64,000 nucleotides of DNA from a virus. Each line of letters starts with the position of its first letter. Position 1 is the stretch's first letter. Below, one piece after another: positions 37,901 to 45,460 of the stretch. The DNA is taken from the IMG/VR virus record IMGVR_UViG_3300023179_000040, positions 1 to 64,000 of that record. One strand, 5' to 3'. The position numbers were made by a program, and so were the translations under genes. The notes under the pieces are model-generated. The model made no database searches and was not told the DNA's origin. It was given only the letters and a program-made list of their open reading frames with translations.

Positions 37901-38063
37901 CTTGGACGGAGCAGAACAAAAATACGCTAAACAATTTGATAGTAAAATGGAGCAAGTGGCACTTAATACAGTAGCCACAGCTCGTCATAGAGATGCTAAA
38001 TTACACGAAGAAGACCCAGCAACAGTTGGTCAGATTATTGGTCATCAAGCAGGATTGGTATAG
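25998..38063 (+). CDS. Giant tape measure protein with embedded cargo domains
   Basis: TP901-like TMP core at the N-terminus (YDRQLVKLQQVTG...LAQAG...IATGLRTIFTRIQ). Internal PD-(D/E)xK, HAD, EF-hand and SHD1 motifs; four LTPGE(F/L)V modules. Confidence 0.85.
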   Translation: MASGFNLTAQLNLRGPSNIGVIVADIRRQIGSINAAVNLRLDPNAIRNTTQLNASLQGLNRTLNQVTSSASNAAAAIGRLSNALGRVNAGGVAQNLGRVAASTNTIGQSMRDVSTRIVAASSEMQEFGKQSGLAVRRFAAFSTVTGVIYGLTNAINQGVKAYIDYDRQLVKLQQVTGQSAAGLKSLEDTITQLAVGLGVGSAELTQISSTLAQAGLSAKDTERALKALALSSLAPSFDSMNETVEGAIALMRQFGIGANQLEKALGSVNSVAAKFAVEASDLITAIQRTGGVFATASRGVSEGTDALNEFLAVFTSVRATTRESAETIATGLRTIFTRIQREDTINALKSYGVNLTDLDGKFVGAYNAVELLSKGLSKLDPRDLKFSRIVEELGGFRQIGKVIPLIQQFATAQEALKVAQSGQGSLAADAAKAQESLAIQTAKVKEEFLSLFREIGKSDSFQTLVKGALSVTSALIKTADSVKGVLPILGVMLAFKGASAITQFGSGFVQGIRGSGGARGLGQRLGGGSGMSNGGPVRYYASGGLVPGSGDTDSVSARLTPGEFVINKRAVKAIGTSNLNRINRYAVGGPVPIRQLASSTKGGSTIKKYRDTNSDIIQDIDLVSSAIDRKNLPLTDADKKYLFRATLADKGSGKRFKGSIAYLNKNVWGDAYEEIIAKKLGSGWQKTSSIKEMGPSYPLDLYNSSTGELAEVKFTDKPVSIAHILSKKLRQKLISSGRTKKTGWGFTQSVGENVNLGRATVYEPSENEKREFVNAYKTGALDAKASTGGIIRKFADAGLVSATGGKPVSASQIIRLLGAEGAAKAGNISANEVNRILRIRKPDAIEAMIQNNILKEYQKTINRREGAQKARGTRLTSQGLLFGVAGMFGSAFPPVIKTIESNLLKSPVSVKIMSGIMSESTAQSVDEMFASSLNKTANKAAKKIMVADILGKVGLGRELNLDFDRTLAFGADNILSDPKKPKFVEFSDRNKVSGALKTAKLSLLGRELASLVSSKPELLNNLRLITARPASTLDLIQSWLSSKGLPIPLSQFKGLGGPSVSGSQIAKLKAALLSPGSLFVDDDVRNIKAARRRSKEGIESYRYSNRRNTTNINGDATAQGILFEKVIEKLGGPLALKGGGLDFPEGLKGAAKYFGIPANIPTDAKRTINGPSTVEDNIITYLRTKGYATGGEANKNILAMLTPGELVLSPDLASSIGRSKLDKLNHAEKFIKKASGGTISMVPGSGDGDSYGPVPLEVGSYVIRKKAAQALGFNTGGYVQGFAVGGPTLSARPANPTVDNVRIDTNVVSLLQNVGKALTDLGLSSNSAALLLKKNADINYREAQRALEADVRRMRVAGASAQEILDVEARLANVRNSAASNIAARQTLSNTSGQQLQEIQFRAQREREDMINRRRSVARARGRSEDEINAAIADPNYQRFVNNRSFETATTAVTGVSARTLRSQNISGSDIEQVVRQSMMDRRTLAQMDRQYVSQRRQEIFNQLRAEAGVTATKSQIRVLASQALTMAQQEVKERRQILNQQAAAAGVIGPGRGGILGTGIGIGPWSNDPRQGAIYRTLSPMMGGITPRNIMGGIRNFGSSLGTGNAGFFLSMGIGAVAGQSENISSLMGGDKKAQRGRAAAIEGGLSTFASGLSLASGAAMIPVVGPFVAAATVAGSALLAFKDATNASAKALKEYEQEQRTKNIDDINDKINRASETFQKTGNSNELIKLSQQANGAINEDLLIKTRNAAEEKAKSQSTFSWLMGENKPILSSEDYKSLGKDAAKQAEQSAQSARMIIESRIQGGADLNQYGLTEEFAKLSNIIAQADPTFTTFIASTKNMTDAERAQAISVKLAERRLLLMRDAGLVATNSTVMASKAMEEANKAGRKLAQTFESMNRSFSQALGRTQYEAGVNLNNRESRSEDLTGSSRIMISSSRDLNIAENPLAYDSATRAQTYGRVAREIVRPDMAGLDLAERNRRANEANLISQTLNFDTVGVRNRTVGAVNAINNGGTTFEQASAASRTKLEQELANAPSSIRDQILKEFDDIINNIAKGDSKDKSNQDKIKILGETLQNDLGKSAIEAKDNLNQMALEFLKFKDSTLKQFVDSLNKVVQEQLKAAEAIRQARSIVIESRVALRELISGGSIGLGERAQIINNNVGSLTGGITDPTRIRQNIQNLSARKSELNNKLNDPSLSKEERDKAIVELEGLTLSLNKNRTALDELANSTELASAAMSQLQNLQKMQADRLQNIDQILTSTPQELRKFNESLIRVQQRAMGIDPGPSREARKAYNRTLRQTGGNVQAAMMAGQAQMAEDRGTDLRNMEQYRSTWILNQMNEARAQGIELSQEEANRRFNANAANVRGQMANESGAANMYGPGINEGIMASVDPMRDPAFAATARVAMAASDNQARAKEQQAILLTTNATEEFGNALKLLTDQMLLISQRFSLMQQQQGADLGLAPPPGQMRPPVIVPPLFPAQRNQPQRKALGGLIYAANGQFVDFKPMGTDTIPAMLTPGEFVVNRTATEKHLPLLTAINGGNEVRVDGMSSGGLVYLARGGRPGMNMMTNGGNRVDGRVPKRLAVRRDYATFSRLDADSSGYLTSTEIDDEILSRLDGNNDGRLSTVEFFGALPNTRDRRFLGRVDWRKPTIITRALEAQDISYRVFSENRYAKFADKYRDPSTIEQGLMVDPRRPKDPDAVIPKIDIPSLVPNDPRSRMTMDMQRSVNGNLIPIPKTLKEKDPKSLRNSFYRLDVNEDGVLSGTELTSYRDLDTDLNQQITEDEWLGVGFDPYDSLQRERFNITNPFGKGMDARRRALESGMAAYERSVATGEPIRDRKGNIVFDGTAESLKNKREELATIRAARGGKSQTQLIREQKYNDRLVNQRLGSSGYAVGKAQKQIDTEREMFEEERKKISNANPLMTEDEVIQATTDSLNKGGYTIGADVNWWKNERGITATAGQYDETRTLEAIKNSDALATNSDPTGAKARASIDAYAASQGARAQADRVSRGMGDEPISPDAAVVGTQGPVSSLNRAIDNAEVGRAVDTRVRREKQDQLAADIQADVARSAAMDKRDKELGIYTGDINRDIYVSGMGDVSYQPGMGSKISIEEQKQRRREKVIKDRLTFTDKTGKYSQSGTIDSIDAKTGTVRIAKIDPNTGAPVTKKDKDGIENQVYTTIPIDQLDTKSQAKINKALEKDRAQQAAVANATLDKAVQGISISAEVDLSLPSESTKAKADALAKETMERANADQARFDQSILPTSKPSIVIDPITRQPKTIDGQNIDVKAIRQRLEQDRQDLQAQIEDWVKNGQFGEGVARTQDMNLTQAKIDRSLQELADLENAKYEFDTAREEKNLATQKRYEELKKKSETGRGLASVKEADEFARLSIERGVAPGEIPGGRTVVVERAMRSEAFATSDKTDAFGQPVAVGNMEKQSTEQYTKDLVEEKRTSQYSKLTSEISNNASQSVENLTGSRYLGNTAGFVTTLGLGIVSPENVVTQVATGGLGLIPALGVDVASAGGGALGAYGAGDSQGVIEAAFQGATTLGMTGAFRALGAALPYIPAVKMPNLSFPYKSFGNGVQSLLDTADESLIRGIYGVDPKVYRRAENIAGIRADIQAAAEEEAFVNSVTDFMTGKNSPVVRAIKEADADFRSAPDRAAQQRKALDIKKQEATARLEQQKIDAQKAEQEFVDSQITDIRDRVIRDVEAAKQNGATASGIKAIEYRGKVELEEKGLLPRAEERLNLAQETRRKAEADQAIKEMQDSFNTTSAPIPSKPSPKKPKKLATGGIVYAANGALINAQQKGSDTVPAMLTPGEFVVNRQATQQHLPVLQAINKGYYSRGGMVQYLADGGIVAPKYYMFGGLSSGMGFLASSFNKGKDGALSDVDPAIIAEFGRAVQSLKDTFGSLENFKDVGENIKQAMSTMSQNVAMFGESINSIPQEVVHNMSATVMQHVMGLDGAEQKYAKQFDSKMEQVALNTVATARHRDAKLHEEDPATVGQIIGHQAGLV

Positions 38064-38084
38064 TTGATATTGAAAAATAATACG

Positions 38085-38091
38085 GGTGTAT
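38085..38091 (+). promoter_or_regulatory. Putative late promoter motif
   Basis: GGTGTAT, 36 nt upstream of 38122. Confidence 0.6.
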
Positions 38092-38121
38092 ATATAACTA
38101 GAGACTAACAAGGTATAAAAT

Positions 38122-39567
38122 ATGATCAATTTTCCTATTACAATTTTAGATAATACGGCCTGTTATTTCTATTCTGAAAATAACTATTTTATCTTAGGGT
38201 ATGCTCTGTCTGGATATAAAGGATTCGATAGTAATCAAAATGGATTAGTAATCCCCTATTTATGCAAAAACCAGGGCAGATACGAGGTTGGAATAGGACA
38301 AATAGAATATCTTAATAATGACAATAAATTAATCTTAAATAGACTAAAAATTTTATCATCATCTGATAATAATAACCCAGTATCTTTTGAAGAAAATTCT
38401 AATAATGCTCTATATTGTTTTGCTAATTCATATAATTTTAATCGGTCATTATCTAGTCTTATAGAAGTTAAAGAGAATACGGAACTGGCACCAATTTCTG
38501 CTACATATTTATTGGATATTAGTGAAAAAAATCTTAATATAACTTTACCAGACCCAACAAATAATGAAAATATAATTATAGAACTTAAAACCAGCACAGG
38601 ACCTTATGTTGTTAATATAATAAATGGTTCTAATTATTATACTACTCTATATGCTGATTCTTATATTAAACTTGCATGTACAGGATCAGACTGGATAGTA
38701 TTGGTTAATCCCGACAATCATTCGCTATTAGATAATGAATCAGCCACTTTTGGTGCTCTTGGGGTTGCCGTAGGAACATCTGGTTCTTTTCAATATAATA
38801 ATGGTGGTGATCTAGGAGATTCTAATGTTTTTGTAGGAGGAAATAATAAGGTTTTATTAGGGTCATCAGAAGAAGCCCTAGCACATGCCATATTACCAAC
38901 ATCTGGCAATTATCCTACCATATTTAATAATAGTAGAAATGCTTCTGATTTTATCGTAAAGGGCAGCGGCGATAAAAATCTTTTTTTTGGATATGATGGT
39001 AAACTAGGCATAAATATTCCTAGCGGATCAAGACCTCAAACATCTTTACATATTATTAATAGTTTATGCCAAGATAGTATAAGAGTAGAAAATCGAAATC
39101 AATGTAATCCTACAAATATCACACTATATCACAAGCCATCAACAGCAATAGATTCTAACTCAATTATCGGAACCATAAATCTATCATGCAAAAATTCTAC
39201 TGGCAATCAAGCAGACTATGCCCAATTAAGAGGTAAAGCAGTATCATCAAATGCCGTTTCTACAAGCGGAGAATTTGCTGTTGCTGTTAATAAAAATGGA
39301 ACATTAATTGAACAACTTAGTATAAATGGAGATAGTGCTTATTTAGGAATTAATAATACTAATAATATTAGAGTAAATAATTCTGGTATATTTTTAAATG
39401 GTAAAGTTAATCTTACTAATATTAAATTTAGTATGCCTACAACAAGTGGACAAATTTTATTAGTAAATAATAATGGAGAAATTGTTTTGACTGATATTAT
39501 GAATTCTCCTATAATTAATATATTAGATGGCGGTACGGTAGTATTTACTGGAGTATGCTCATCATGA
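38122..39567 (+). CDS. Tail/fibre structural protein
   Basis: EVGIG N-domain, ITLPDP module, GSFQYNNGG and KLGIN...PQTSLHI fibre-type repeats. Confidence 0.55.
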   Translation: MINFPITILDNTACYFYSENNYFILGYALSGYKGFDSNQNGLVIPYLCKNQGRYEVGIGQIEYLNNDNKLILNRLKILSSSDNNNPVSFEENSNNALYCFANSYNFNRSLSSLIEVKENTELAPISATYLLDISEKNLNITLPDPTNNENIIIELKTSTGPYVVNIINGSNYYTTLYADSYIKLACTGSDWIVLVNPDNHSLLDNESATFGALGVAVGTSGSFQYNNGGDLGDSNVFVGGNNKVLLGSSEEALAHAILPTSGNYPTIFNNSRNASDFIVKGSGDKNLFFGYDGKLGINIPSGSRPQTSLHIINSLCQDSIRVENRNQCNPTNITLYHKPSTAIDSNSIIGTINLSCKNSTGNQADYAQLRGKAVSSNAVSTSGEFAVAVNKNGTLIEQLSINGDSAYLGINNTNNIRVNNSGIFLNGKVNLTNIKFSMPTTSGQILLVNNNGEIVLTDIMNSPIINILDGGTVVFTGVCSS

Positions 39568-40088
39568 TCTTAAAAAGAGATATAACATCTACATCCGCTC
39601 CCGCCCCAGAACAAATAGAGGTTGGAGAGCTTGTTTTTAATGCTAATACCGGCATACTATTTGCTAAAATGCAAAATGGTACCGTAATAAAATATTTAGG
39701 TTCACCAGTTTGTCAGACACCAGACGATCAAACTTGTCCGGTACCTGTACCAGATATCAAAACTAGCGATATTACTAATTTTTGCTGTGGTGGTGATAGC
39801 TTAATCGTTTACATTAATAATCTATTGGTAAATCATAGATATCTTTGTCAAATTACAGATCTTATTTCTAATTCTACTATGGTTATTAGTCAAAATCAAG
39901 TTGAGTTATTACCATTAACAAGCTCATCAAGATCTATGGCTTTGAATCTAACTATTGATAAAAATGTACAGGCTGTTGCTCTGATCAAAATATCTGTTTT
40001 AGAAATAGTTTCAGCCGGAGGAACTACTCAGAACCTAATAAGATCGGAAAAAATTCTGGATATTTGTTGCACTCAATGTAATGGATGA
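39564..40088 (+). CDS. Tail fibre-associated protein
   Basis: N-terminal LKR...P...EVGELVFNANTGILFAK (fibre attachment-type motif) plus Cys-flanked Ig-like module. GGAG RBS and ATGA overlap. Confidence 0.55.
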   Translation: MILKRDITSTSAPAPEQIEVGELVFNANTGILFAKMQNGTVIKYLGSPVCQTPDDQTCPVPVPDIKTSDITNFCCGGDSLIVYINNLLVNHRYLCQITDLISNSTMVISQNQVELLPLTSSSRSMALNLTIDKNVQAVALIKISVLEIVSAGGTTQNLIRSEKILDICCTQCNG

Positions 40089-40096
40089 TATAAATT

Positions 40097-40852
40097 ATGG
40101 CTGAAAAATTAATATATAGCCCCAATATTTGCGGTAGCGGTATACTAATTAGTTATACTGGATTAAATTTATCATTAGATGAAACATACAGAATAACATT
40201 TACTAGTTTAGGATCTATACCAACTCAAACCAATGTTACTATTGATCCTACAGGATATTTGCTCAGATCTCAAAAACCATCTCCAGAGCTTAAAACTTTT
40301 GTTAAAATTAATAGTAATATGTCAGATAATTCTAGTAATAATATTATTGCTTTATCTATTTATGATAGTAATGATACTTTAATCTATACTGACTATAAGA
40401 ATCTGGTTTGTGGTACTCTTTGTGGCTCAGGATATCCAATACCGGCATCTCCAACACCCACTCCTTCAGTTACAATTACGCCGACCCTTACTCCAACACC
40501 CACCATCACCCCAACAGTAACAGCATCACCACCAGCACCACCACTAGCCTTCTCAGCGTCTTTTGATAGATACATAAACACATTAGGAGATTGTAATAAA
40601 GTTACTATTAGAGGTAAGGCTCAAGGAGTAATAGGAGAAACTTATAGATATAAATTTAATACTGATATGAATGGATTAGACCTTAAATTGAGCAATCCTA
40701 GCGGAGTTATAACAATACTGGACAATCCAACCTATGTTTATACAGAGATAACTTTGCCTAATTCTTGTCAAAATTATATACTCGAATTTGGACTTTCTGA
40801 CGCTAATCAGACCGTACAATCAATGGCCGTATTTAGGTGTGGTAATTGTTAA
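40097..40852 (+). CDS. Virion appendage protein, two Ig-like modules with Thr-Pro linker
   Basis: PTPTPSVTITPTLTPTPT linker; Cys-terminated modules. Confidence 0.5.
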   Translation: MAEKLIYSPNICGSGILISYTGLNLSLDETYRITFTSLGSIPTQTNVTIDPTGYLLRSQKPSPELKTFVKINSNMSDNSSNNIIALSIYDSNDTLIYTDYKNLVCGTLCGSGYPIPASPTPTPSVTITPTLTPTPTITPTVTASPPAPPLAFSASFDRYINTLGDCNKVTIRGKAQGVIGETYRYKFNTDMNGLDLKLSNPSGVITILDNPTYVYTEITLPNSCQNYILEFGLSDANQTVQSMAVFRCGNC

Positions 40853-40857
40853 TGTTT

Positions 40858-40864
40858 AGTGTAT
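40858..40864 (+). promoter_or_regulatory. Putative late promoter motif
   Basis: AGTGTAT, 43 nt upstream of 40902. Confidence 0.55.
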
Positions 40865-40901
40865 TACATGATGAATATATGATTTTTTAAAAGAGGAAAT
40901 A

Positions 40902-43900
40902 ATGCCCAATCCCACTATTCAATTTGATTTTAGAAATTATGTTCCAGATCAGAGCCTAGGAGCCGGAACTTTCACGCTAGAAAGCAAAGATTGTGTATCA
41001 GATACTCTTATAATTACATTATTGGCCAAAAATTTAATCCCAGGGCATATCTATAAAACAACGTATACATTATTAAATCCTAGCGAAAATACTTGCATCG
41101 ATGCCGGTACATTTTTTAATCCCTCATCCTCAGATTTATATGCATCATCTAGTTCTCAAAATCTAGCCACAACAGCTAAGATCAAATGTTCTGGCAGATA
41201 CGTTATTAGTGCTACAATTATCGATATGACAGAGGGTTTCGGTCAAACAGGATCATCTCAAACAGTATTACAATGCGGAACTAACGATGCCTCATTTTTT
41301 GTTGAAATTATTGATTCAGATATTGAGTCTCCTATAGATTCTACAGATGATATTATAAAATTAGGACTTTGTGATAATCCATTGCCTTTAATAGGTTTAA
41401 TTAAAAATGCTGAAAGAGGCAAAGCATATAAGTATCGTTTTTATGATAATCCAGTTAATAGTATAGCCTTTGAAAATCAAAGTGGTATAATATACGCTGG
41501 TGATAATACACAAAATTTTAATAGTAAAATTGCTTTATCCGGAAATCCATATGCGTTTGTTTATGCCGAGGTACAAGATCTAGATACTAAGATTATAAAA
41601 AATAGTCAACCTGTTTTATTACAGTGTTATCAGACCAATCCCTGTTCAGTTGTGCTACCAACAGGAGTAAATGTTTCTTACGGTATACCAACATATAAAG
41701 AGTGCAGACCAATGGGTTGCACAGCTGCTAGTTTGGTTAAGCTAAATGGAGGTAGTAATTTTACTGTTGGTGATAAAGTAGCATTCGGAGGAGGATCAGC
41801 GCCATGTATAGTGCAAATAGATAAAGTCGGTATTGGATATGAGAGTATTAAAACATTCGGCGGCGGTAGTGGCATAAAAGTAGGCACCATGCTAACTTTA
41901 GGTGGGGGATCTTTAATTAAGGTACAATCTGTTGGCCTTACTAATGATTCTGTTAATAGCTTAACCAGTTGCGGAGGATTCGGTGTTGGTGACCTACTAA
42001 CTACTGTGGGAGGAGATGGCGATGGGGTTATTATTAAAGTTTTAGCCACAGGTTTGAATGGTAGTATATCTTCTTTTAATGTTTTAAATGGAGGATACGG
42101 CTTCACCTATGCTCCAACTGGAGTAAAAGCTATTACAGGAAACGGTAGTTGCGCTAGTGCCTCATTCAATATGAATAATGGTACCATCCCATATGCTGGT
42201 GGTCTTACTAATGATTCATTCTCTATTTATGGAGGAATAGGTTATCAATTCGGACAAATTTTGAGAGTTGATGGTCAGGGAGGAGAAGGAGCAAAAGTTG
42301 AAGTTATTTCTTTAAGTTTAACACAAAATAGTATTAGTTTATCTGGAGGCTCCGGATATACTGTAGGAGATTATGTTACTACTAGTGGGTGTGGAGGTAA
42401 GGATGCATTAATTAAAATTACTTCAGTATCTTCTGGCGGAGCTATTTTAGATTGGGAAGTAGAAAATGGAGGCTATGATTTTGAGTGTGTTCCAACAGCT
42501 TTAATCAGATTAAGTGGTAATGGTAGTGGTGGTTCTATTACAGGCTCAAATTGTTGTTGGGCATTACCATCAGAAGGTGGTATTACTAAAGAATCAATAT
42601 CCGGTATAATTGGTGATGGGCCAGGATATACTGTTGGAGAAAAAATCTATTTACAAGGAGGTGGCGGCTCTGGTGGAATAATTGTGGTTACTAAGGTTGA
42701 TGCTAATGGTAATATACTAGATTTTGCTATAGAGGGCAGCGGTTGCTGCTACACTTCTACCCCATTATTCTTTGATGAGAACGGCGCGACCATTGTTCCG
42801 ACTCCCACCATTAATTTTAGTAAGCTTATTGAGAATCCCATAGTAGTTATTGATTCTGGATCAGGATATGGAGATGCTAACAATCCATTAGTTATTAGAG
42901 ATGATGCTACTGGTACTATCATCGCTAATCCGGGCTTAACTATTTTAGATTTTACACAAAATATACCATTAGGCCCCAACGGGCCTATAGTAATTATTAA
43001 CGCTGGTAGTTTTCCTCCACCAGACTCTCCCATAAGTCCTCCAGAGCCTATTCCTTCAGATCTAAATATATGCTGTATAGAAACATCATATACTCAACCT
43101 CTTAGAGGCTCTATTGTTTGTTCAGGATCTATCACTAAGGACGTAGTAAGTAATTTAATTGGTAAATCTGGATTTGCATTAAATGAAAAAATATATGTAG
43201 AGTCCGCTAATGGAGGTAATGGTGCTGGTGGTGTGATTCAAGTTACAGCAGTAAGTGGCAATATTATTACAGACTTTGTGGTATATAATGGAGGATGCTA
43301 TTATTCTGATCCTATAGCCTTAAGAAAGTCTAATGGTAGTATCATTACTAATGTTATCATAGATTATGATGCATTAACTGGCTCTCCCATAACAGTTATT
43401 GATCCGGGCGATATTAAAGGAAATGGCTGTACCTCTTGCTGTGAAACTATTACTGGTTATGGTATTTGTCCTGATCCTGAAGATATAGTATTTTTTGATC
43501 ATCTACAACCAGATTATGGTCCGCCTAGAACCCCCACACCTACGCCAACAGTTAGTCTAACGCCCTCTCCAACACCACCAGTATTATGCAATGATATTCA
43601 ATCTGCTGGTGGTCAAAATGTAACATCTATTACAAAAATTATTAATGCTGCTGTAGCTGGTCAGAATTATTTAATTATTAAAGATGTTGATGGTTTGAGT
43701 AAAAATACTGTTGTTAATGCCGATGGTATACCTGCTGGTACATATATTACTGAAATAATTAATTGGTTTTCAGATTTTGATAATCGCGTAGTCAATAAAA
43801 AAATCTTTTTAAGTAATGCTATTACAAAAAATATATCCACCAATACAGATTTAAATTTATATTTTGTTGATATCAGATTGATTCAAGTACCTTATTGGCC

Positions 43901-44243
43901 AGGAGTTATGACTTTTGATTATGATGCCTATAGTGTTCCAGACAGATTTTTAGTTTTTGCTGTGCCGTTAGATAGTAGATTAAACGATGTTTTACTATTT
44001 GATAGTAGATATAGAGGAGCAGCAACTTGCGGCTATGCAGATAGTATAAGTGGAACGGGAAGAGGCTCAGTTAATTTAAATAAGCCAGATGGATGTACAT
44101 ACATTAAGGTTATAGTAGAAGCCCCATGCGAGGGAACAGCTTGGGAATATGCCTTATCTTGTCCACAAAGAACATTTACTACCGTGAGTAGCACCCCTAC
44201 TGTTACCCCAACTATAACACCAACCCCATCCTCATTACCTTAA
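40902..44243 (+). CDS. Large virion structural protein with Gly-rich beta repeats
   Basis: Repeated GGSGYTVG(D/E)...GG.G.GA.I.V..V...G.I....V.NGG.Y units, Ig-like N-modules and TP tails. Confidence 0.6.
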   Translation: MPNPTIQFDFRNYVPDQSLGAGTFTLESKDCVSDTLIITLLAKNLIPGHIYKTTYTLLNPSENTCIDAGTFFNPSSSDLYASSSSQNLATTAKIKCSGRYVISATIIDMTEGFGQTGSSQTVLQCGTNDASFFVEIIDSDIESPIDSTDDIIKLGLCDNPLPLIGLIKNAERGKAYKYRFYDNPVNSIAFENQSGIIYAGDNTQNFNSKIALSGNPYAFVYAEVQDLDTKIIKNSQPVLLQCYQTNPCSVVLPTGVNVSYGIPTYKECRPMGCTAASLVKLNGGSNFTVGDKVAFGGGSAPCIVQIDKVGIGYESIKTFGGGSGIKVGTMLTLGGGSLIKVQSVGLTNDSVNSLTSCGGFGVGDLLTTVGGDGDGVIIKVLATGLNGSISSFNVLNGGYGFTYAPTGVKAITGNGSCASASFNMNNGTIPYAGGLTNDSFSIYGGIGYQFGQILRVDGQGGEGAKVEVISLSLTQNSISLSGGSGYTVGDYVTTSGCGGKDALIKITSVSSGGAILDWEVENGGYDFECVPTALIRLSGNGSGGSITGSNCCWALPSEGGITKESISGIIGDGPGYTVGEKIYLQGGGGSGGIIVVTKVDANGNILDFAIEGSGCCYTSTPLFFDENGATIVPTPTINFSKLIENPIVVIDSGSGYGDANNPLVIRDDATGTIIANPGLTILDFTQNIPLGPNGPIVIINAGSFPPPDSPISPPEPIPSDLNICCIETSYTQPLRGSIVCSGSITKDVVSNLIGKSGFALNEKIYVESANGGNGAGGVIQVTAVSGNIITDFVVYNGGCYYSDPIALRKSNGSIITNVIIDYDALTGSPITVIDPGDIKGNGCTSCCETITGYGICPDPEDIVFFDHLQPDYGPPRTPTPTPTVSLTPSPTPPVLCNDIQSAGGQNVTSITKIINAAVAGQNYLIIKDVDGLSKNTVVNADGIPAGTYITEIINWFSDFDNRVVNKKIFLSNAITKNISTNTDLNLYFVDIRLIQVPYWPGVMTFDYDAYSVPDRFLVFAVPLDSRLNDVLLFDSRYRGAATCGYADSISGTGRGSVNLNKPDGCTYIKVIVEAPCEGTAWEYALSCPQRTFTTVSSTPTVTPTITPTPSSLP

Positions 44244-44250
44244 TTAAGCC

Positions 44251-45444
44251 ATGAATCCAAACTATTTATTATTTAAAGTATCTGTTTTACAACATGCTAC
44301 AGAAGGAACTAATTGTTCCTATGCTGAAGATATATTGACGGTTGTTTGTAATCCTCAACCAACACCAACATGTACTAATACTCCAACATCTAGCAATACT
44401 CCTACACCAACTCCATCTATCACTGCTACAGCTACAGTAACACCATCTATCACTCCTACTATAAGTATAACTCCATCGATTACTGCTACTGTTAGTTTAA
44501 CACCATCTATAACTCCTACTAATACTCAAACACCTACTCCTACAACAACACCGACTCCAACACTACCTCCAGTCATTCCACCACTACAGAGCATATCTAT
44601 TGATAATGATCTAGTTTGGTTATTCAACACTAACGAATATCCTGTTTTGATTCAATCTCAAAGATCAGATACTAATGGAATGTCTTGGCAAGATATTGGC
44701 CCGTTTGTGAATGTTGTTGCAAATGGATCGTCGTCTATATTCTATAACGGCGATACTAATACAAAGTATAGATCCAGAGCATTTTCTCTAGGCGCAGGAA
44801 CCTTATCTAGCCCATGGTCTAATGTATATATCTATACCAATCCAGATGCTATAGCTGCACCTATTATTAATTATGACTTTAATACCTCATATTTATATAT
44901 TTTTAATGTTAATGATGTTTTAGTAAATATGATCATTGAAAAATCTGAAGATGGTATAGTTTGGCAATATGCATTGAGTACATCAGAAAGTATAAATGCT
45001 AACACTAATAAGTCTTTTACAATATCAGGAACTCCTTATACTAAATTCAGAGCTTTATATTTTAGTGCTGGTTTAGGATATTCGGTCAGCTCATGGAGTT
45101 ATACTGATCTAATTCTACCAACACCGACTTCAACACGAACTCCGACTCCTACTATTACTCCAACTAGTACTTCTAATTTTATTAATAGCTTAACAATATT
45201 GTCTGGATCTAACTATATTTCTGGTAATGGATTAACTTTTAGTGGTAATACAGGAGATAGAATTGAATATATAGCACAAAATGGGTATGATTTACCATCC
45301 ACTATGAATATTAGTGTTGGTGGTATTATCAAAGCCACAGTAATATTCCCAGCATCAATTTATAATAATAAATTATTTAAAGTTACTATTAGCGGTATTC
45401 CATATATAGGCAATTTTATTGCTGGAAATATTAATTTTATTTAA
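44251..45444 (+). CDS. Thr-Pro stalked virion protein (Fn3-like modules)
   Basis: Long TP stretch, two similar modules (Q/E.S.DG..WQ...TK(Y/F)R..S.WS), and a C-terminal module shared with the 45461 gene. Confidence 0.55.
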   Translation: MNPNYLLFKVSVLQHATEGTNCSYAEDILTVVCNPQPTPTCTNTPTSSNTPTPTPSITATATVTPSITPTISITPSITATVSLTPSITPTNTQTPTPTTTPTPTLPPVIPPLQSISIDNDLVWLFNTNEYPVLIQSQRSDTNGMSWQDIGPFVNVVANGSSSIFYNGDTNTKYRSRAFSLGAGTLSSPWSNVYIYTNPDAIAAPIINYDFNTSYLYIFNVNDVLVNMIIEKSEDGIVWQYALSTSESINANTNKSFTISGTPYTKFRALYFSAGLGYSVSSWSYTDLILPTPTSTRTPTPTITPTSTSNFINSLTILSGSNYISGNGLTFSGNTGDRIEYIAQNGYDLPSTMNISVGGIIKATVIFPASIYNNKLFKVTISGIPYIGNFIAGNINFI

Positions 45445-45460
45445 TTAAAGGAAATAATTC

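Noticed and set aside
10947-38063. Inteins in TerL or the TMP
   Set aside because: No C/S-start...HN-C/S/T splice motifs or LAGLIDADG blocks are evident. The TMP inserts are bounded by GG motifs instead.
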